Of a stretch of 64,000 nucleotides of DNA, positions 61,330-64,000 are shown piece after piece. Under the pieces are notes generated by a model that ran no database searches, was not told the origin of the DNA, and worked only from the letters and a program-made list of their open reading frames with translations. The stretch's first letter is position 1; each line of letters starts with the position of its first letter. Made by a program: the position numbers and the translations under genes. Origin of the DNA: Verrucomicrobiota bacterium. Lineage in GTDB: Bacteria > Verrucomicrobiota > Verrucomicrobiia > Opitutales > Coraliomargaritaceae. Location of the stretch: contig JBCBZJ010000002.1 in NCBI GenBank assembly GCA_039815375.1, positions 128,001 through 192,000 of the forward strand, written 5' to 3'.

Positions 61330-61624
61330 CTCTTTCTATTTCTGATAAAATAGCACTGCTAATAGCTATAATGCCATTAGCTTATTTTCGACCAGACGTG
61401 TTTAACCGGATTTTTGTTTTCTGAGGGTTCCTTGCGAAGGCCCCGCCGCCGCTCAAAGGCCTATTTTAAGGGACTTTGAAGCTCAGTGAGTTTTTGGCCC
61501 GATTAAAGCTCTCTTAGAAAAACACCTAAACTGTTACTAATAGGGGCGTTCACTTTTTATCTTAAGCTTAAAAAACGGTTGCCATGCCAAATTGCCCCTC
61601 TTTTTTGTTAATCGCTTATAACCG

Positions 61625-61816
61625 ATGGACGACGGAAAAACTACTACACGAAAAGGCTTTTTAAAAAGAGCCGGATTGGCGTTTGGGAGCGCATTTGCAC
61701 TCTCATCGACCTCTAGCGCGGCTTCACGTTCAGTGAAGAAACCGGTTCAGGAGCTATCATCCGACCCGTATGCTCGAGTGCGAGCGGCTAGGGGAACAGT
61801 AGAACGTAAGGTTTAG
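61625..61816 (+). CDS. Small protein with Tat-like signal (63 aa)
   Basis: TRKGFLK followed by a hydrophobic stretch; first ORF ahead of actA. Confidence 0.55.
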   Translation: MDDGKTTTRKGFLKRAGLAFGSAFALSSTSSAASRSVKKPVQELSSDPYARVRAARGTVERKV

Positions 61817-61860
61817 GCCTTTCCGTGAAGATTCAGCGGCCAGCATTTTAAGAGAAAGCC

Positions 61861-62514
61861 ATGGCGAACGTATTTCCGAAGTGGGTCAACACTGTCCCAA
61901 TAAAAGTAGTTATTGCTGTTGTTCTAATTATAACGGCAGTGGTGATCGGCGTGACCTATTATTTCACCCCGAAGTATACCCGTGTGGGCTATGCCCCGAC
62001 TCAGCCTGTCGCTTTCAGCCATGCGCTTCACTCCGGTCAGCTCGAGATAGACTGTCGTTACTGTCATACTTTTGTTGACCGTTCGGAGCACTCGAATGTT
62101 CCAGGCTCTAATGTTTGCATGAGCTGTCACAGTATGGTGCGCAAAGACGATCCGCAACTTGCGGTTATACGTGACAGCTATGATTCCGGCGAGCCCGTTC
62201 CCTGGGTTCGGATTCATAAGACCCCTGACTACGTTTACTTTAATCACTCTGTCCACGTGAATCGTGGCATTAGCTGTGTCGAATGCCACGGCGAGATCCA
62301 GAAAATGGAAGTCGTTCACCATGCAGAACCGCTCTCTATGGGCTTCTGCCTGGAATGCCACCGCAACCCAGAACAATACATCCGGCCCGTCGAAGAGGTT
62401 TACAATCTTGATTGGGAGCGCCCGACCGATCCGGAGTCCCTCGCCGAGCTTCACAGCTTTGTGCATGACTGGAAGATCAACCCGCCGCAGAGCTGCTCCG
62501 GTTGCCACCGCTAA
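61861..62514 (+). CDS. actA: Alternative complex III pentaheme cytochrome c subunit
   Basis: N-terminal TM helix, QPV.FSH..H and five CxxCH (CRYCH, CMSCH, CVECH, CLECH, CSGCH); followed by actB. Confidence 0.92.
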   Translation: MANVFPKWVNTVPIKVVIAVVLIITAVVIGVTYYFTPKYTRVGYAPTQPVAFSHALHSGQLEIDCRYCHTFVDRSEHSNVPGSNVCMSCHSMVRKDDPQLAVIRDSYDSGEPVPWVRIHKTPDYVYFNHSVHVNRGISCVECHGEIQKMEVVHHAEPLSMGFCLECHRNPEQYIRPVEEVYNLDWERPTDPESLAELHSFVHDWKINPPQSCSGCHR

Positions 62515-62531
62515 TTACTGCCTTTCTGAAA

Positions 62532-64000
62532 ATGAACGAATCCGAACTATCTGGACCACATTACTGGAAGAGCCTCGACGACCTAGCCGAGACGCCTGCC
62601 TTCCACGAATGGGTTGAGCGTGAATTCCCTGCTGGAGCCTCCGAAATGGAGGGTGTTAATCGACGCCAATTCATGAAGGTAATGGCCGCATCCTTCGGTC
62701 TCGCTGGACTCGGTATGGCCGGCTGCCGTCGCCCCGAGCAAACCATCCTTCCATACTCTCAGCAGCCGGAGAACCTTATCCCCGGTGTTCCTGTTTATTA
62801 CACGACGTCGATGCCCCGTGCTCAGGGCAATATGCCCGTTATCGCGGAAACGCACATGGGCCGTCCGACCAAGGTCGAAGGTAACCCAAGCTATAAGCCC
62901 TATAACGGAGCCACCGACGTTTATACTCAGGCCAGCATTCTCGATCTTTATGATCCGGATCGTGCGACGAAGAGCCGCAAAAGAGGTGCCGTAGTTTCCG
63001 ATATTGCAGTGCGTGACATGCTCGCCGAACTGAGTGCTACTCATGCAGTTGATGGTGGGGAGGGCCTCCTCTTTCTGGCAGAGCCGAGCACTTCCCCAAG
63101 TCGGGCCAGACTGGCCGCTTCAATCAAGGCCAAGTTGCCGAAAGCAACCTGGACTGAATATGCGCCTCTGTCCTATGCCGCTCCGGAAAAGGCAGCTGAA
63201 AAAGTCTTTGGTAAGCCGCTCCGCAGCATGCCGAAGTTTGAGAAGGCCAAGCGCGTGCTATCGATTGATTCTGACTTCCTTCACTCTGGACCAGCTTCAC
63301 TCCAATACGCTCGTGGTTTCGCGAAGACCCGCCGGGTCGAAAATTCTGAAGAGGCGACTAAGATGAACCGCCTTTATTCAGTCGAGAGCGGTATGACCTC
63401 GACTGGTGCGATGGGCGACCATCGTCTTCGTCTTTCAAGTAGTCAGATGGGTGCCTTTACCGCTAAAATTGCACTTGCGCTGGGTATCGCATTACCTTCA
63501 AAGGCACAAAGCGCTGCGGATTCGCTCAGCGTTGATTCCAAGTGGATCGAAGAGTGTGCAGCTGACTTGAAGGAGTATGCCGGCAAAGCACTTGTCATTG
63601 CCGGCGAGCACCTGCCTGAGTCCGTGCACGCCTTAGTCATTGCGATTAATGCAGAACTTAAGGCTCCGATTGATTATCTGGAGGTCCCCGCCGCTGCAGC
63701 TGGAATCGACGTTGCAGCTGCGCGTCTCCAAGAGGGTGTAAAAACACTCGTTGTGCTTGGTGGGAACCCGGTTTATGATGCTCCGGCTGACCTTGGTTTC
63801 AAAGCCTTAATGAACAAGGCCGATGAGAGCATCCATCTGAGCTACAGTTACAATGAGACCTCAGCCGAGGCAGATACTCTGATCGCTCAATCGCACTACC
63901 TCGAAAGTTGGGGCGACGGTCGCACCTATGACGGCACACTTGTTCCGGTCCAACCCATGATTGAGCCGCTTTTCCCCGCGTTTTGTGAGCTCGAAGTGCT
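62532..64000 (+). CDS. actB: Alternative complex III subunit B, Tat-variant molybdopterin-oxidoreductase-like (3' truncated by window edge)
   Basis: Hand translation YWKSLDDL...EREFP...[17 protein letters not shown]...[40 protein letters not shown]; missing from the ORF track because it has no stop in the window. Confidence 0.92.
   Translation, partial: MNESELSGPHYWKSLDDLAETPAFHEWVEREFPAGASEMEGVNRRQFMKVMAASFGLAGLGMAGCRRPEQTILPYSQQPENLIPGVPVYYTTSMPRAQGNMPVIAETHMGRPTKVEGNPSYKPYNGATDVYTQASILDLYDPDRATKSRKRGAVVSDIAVRDMLAELSATHAVDGGEGLLFLAEPSTSPSRARLAASIKAKLPKATWTEYAPLSYAAPEKAAEKVFGKPLRSMPKFEKAKRVLSIDSDFLHSGPASLQYARGFAKTRRVENSEEATKMNRLYSVESGMTSTGAMGDHRLRLSSSQMGAFTAKIALALGIALPSKAQSAADSLSVDSKWIEECAADLKEYAGKALVIAGEHLPESVHALVIAINAELKAPIDYLEVPAAAAGIDVAAARLQEGVKTLVVLGGNPVYDAPADLGFKALMNKADESIHLSYSYNETSAEADTLIAQSHYLESWGDGRTYDGTLVPVQPMIEPLFPAFCELEV

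Noticed and set aside
61330..61624. FNR or sigma54 site upstream of the act operon
   Set aside because: No TTGAT-N4-ATCAA or convincing TGGCAC-N5-TTGC match found by eye.

Overview
A 64 kb window of bacterial core genome (GC roughly 50% by eye). Gene content and protein style suggest Verrucomicrobiota, probably Opitutales (Coraliomargarita/Puniceicoccaceae-like); this placement is an inference. It carries rpmG, ispA, xylose genes (xylA plus a eukaryote-type xylulokinase), kdgK-eda, surA, hflX, pxpBCA, menD, hisF, acs, ilvE, mcsA-mcsB-clpC, a stand-alone lpxA, a class III nucleotide cyclase, UDG, oppABC, cls, a NusG/RfaH paralogue, one tRNA-Leu, an NhaC-family transporter, sufT, a split pta pair with xseB-dxs, murJ, tdk, a P1B ATPase and the start of an alternative complex III operon (actA, partial actB). 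I saw no CRISPR array, IS, integrase or prophage. The most unusual signals are: (1) a tRNA-Leu whose anticodon reads AAG (A34); (2) a 6S-like structured RNA between a large unknown gene and the NusG paralogue; (3) three tandem, mosaic ~645-aa helical-repeat paralogues with duplicated upstream regions and a 98-nt hairpin in one spacer; (4) a 31-codon mini-ORF overlapping both oppB and oppC; (5) the eukaryote-type xylulokinase; (6) a palindromic sigma54-like site ahead of the CtsR-less mcsAB-clpC operon. All calls come from reading the sequence by eye; no searches or folding programs were run.
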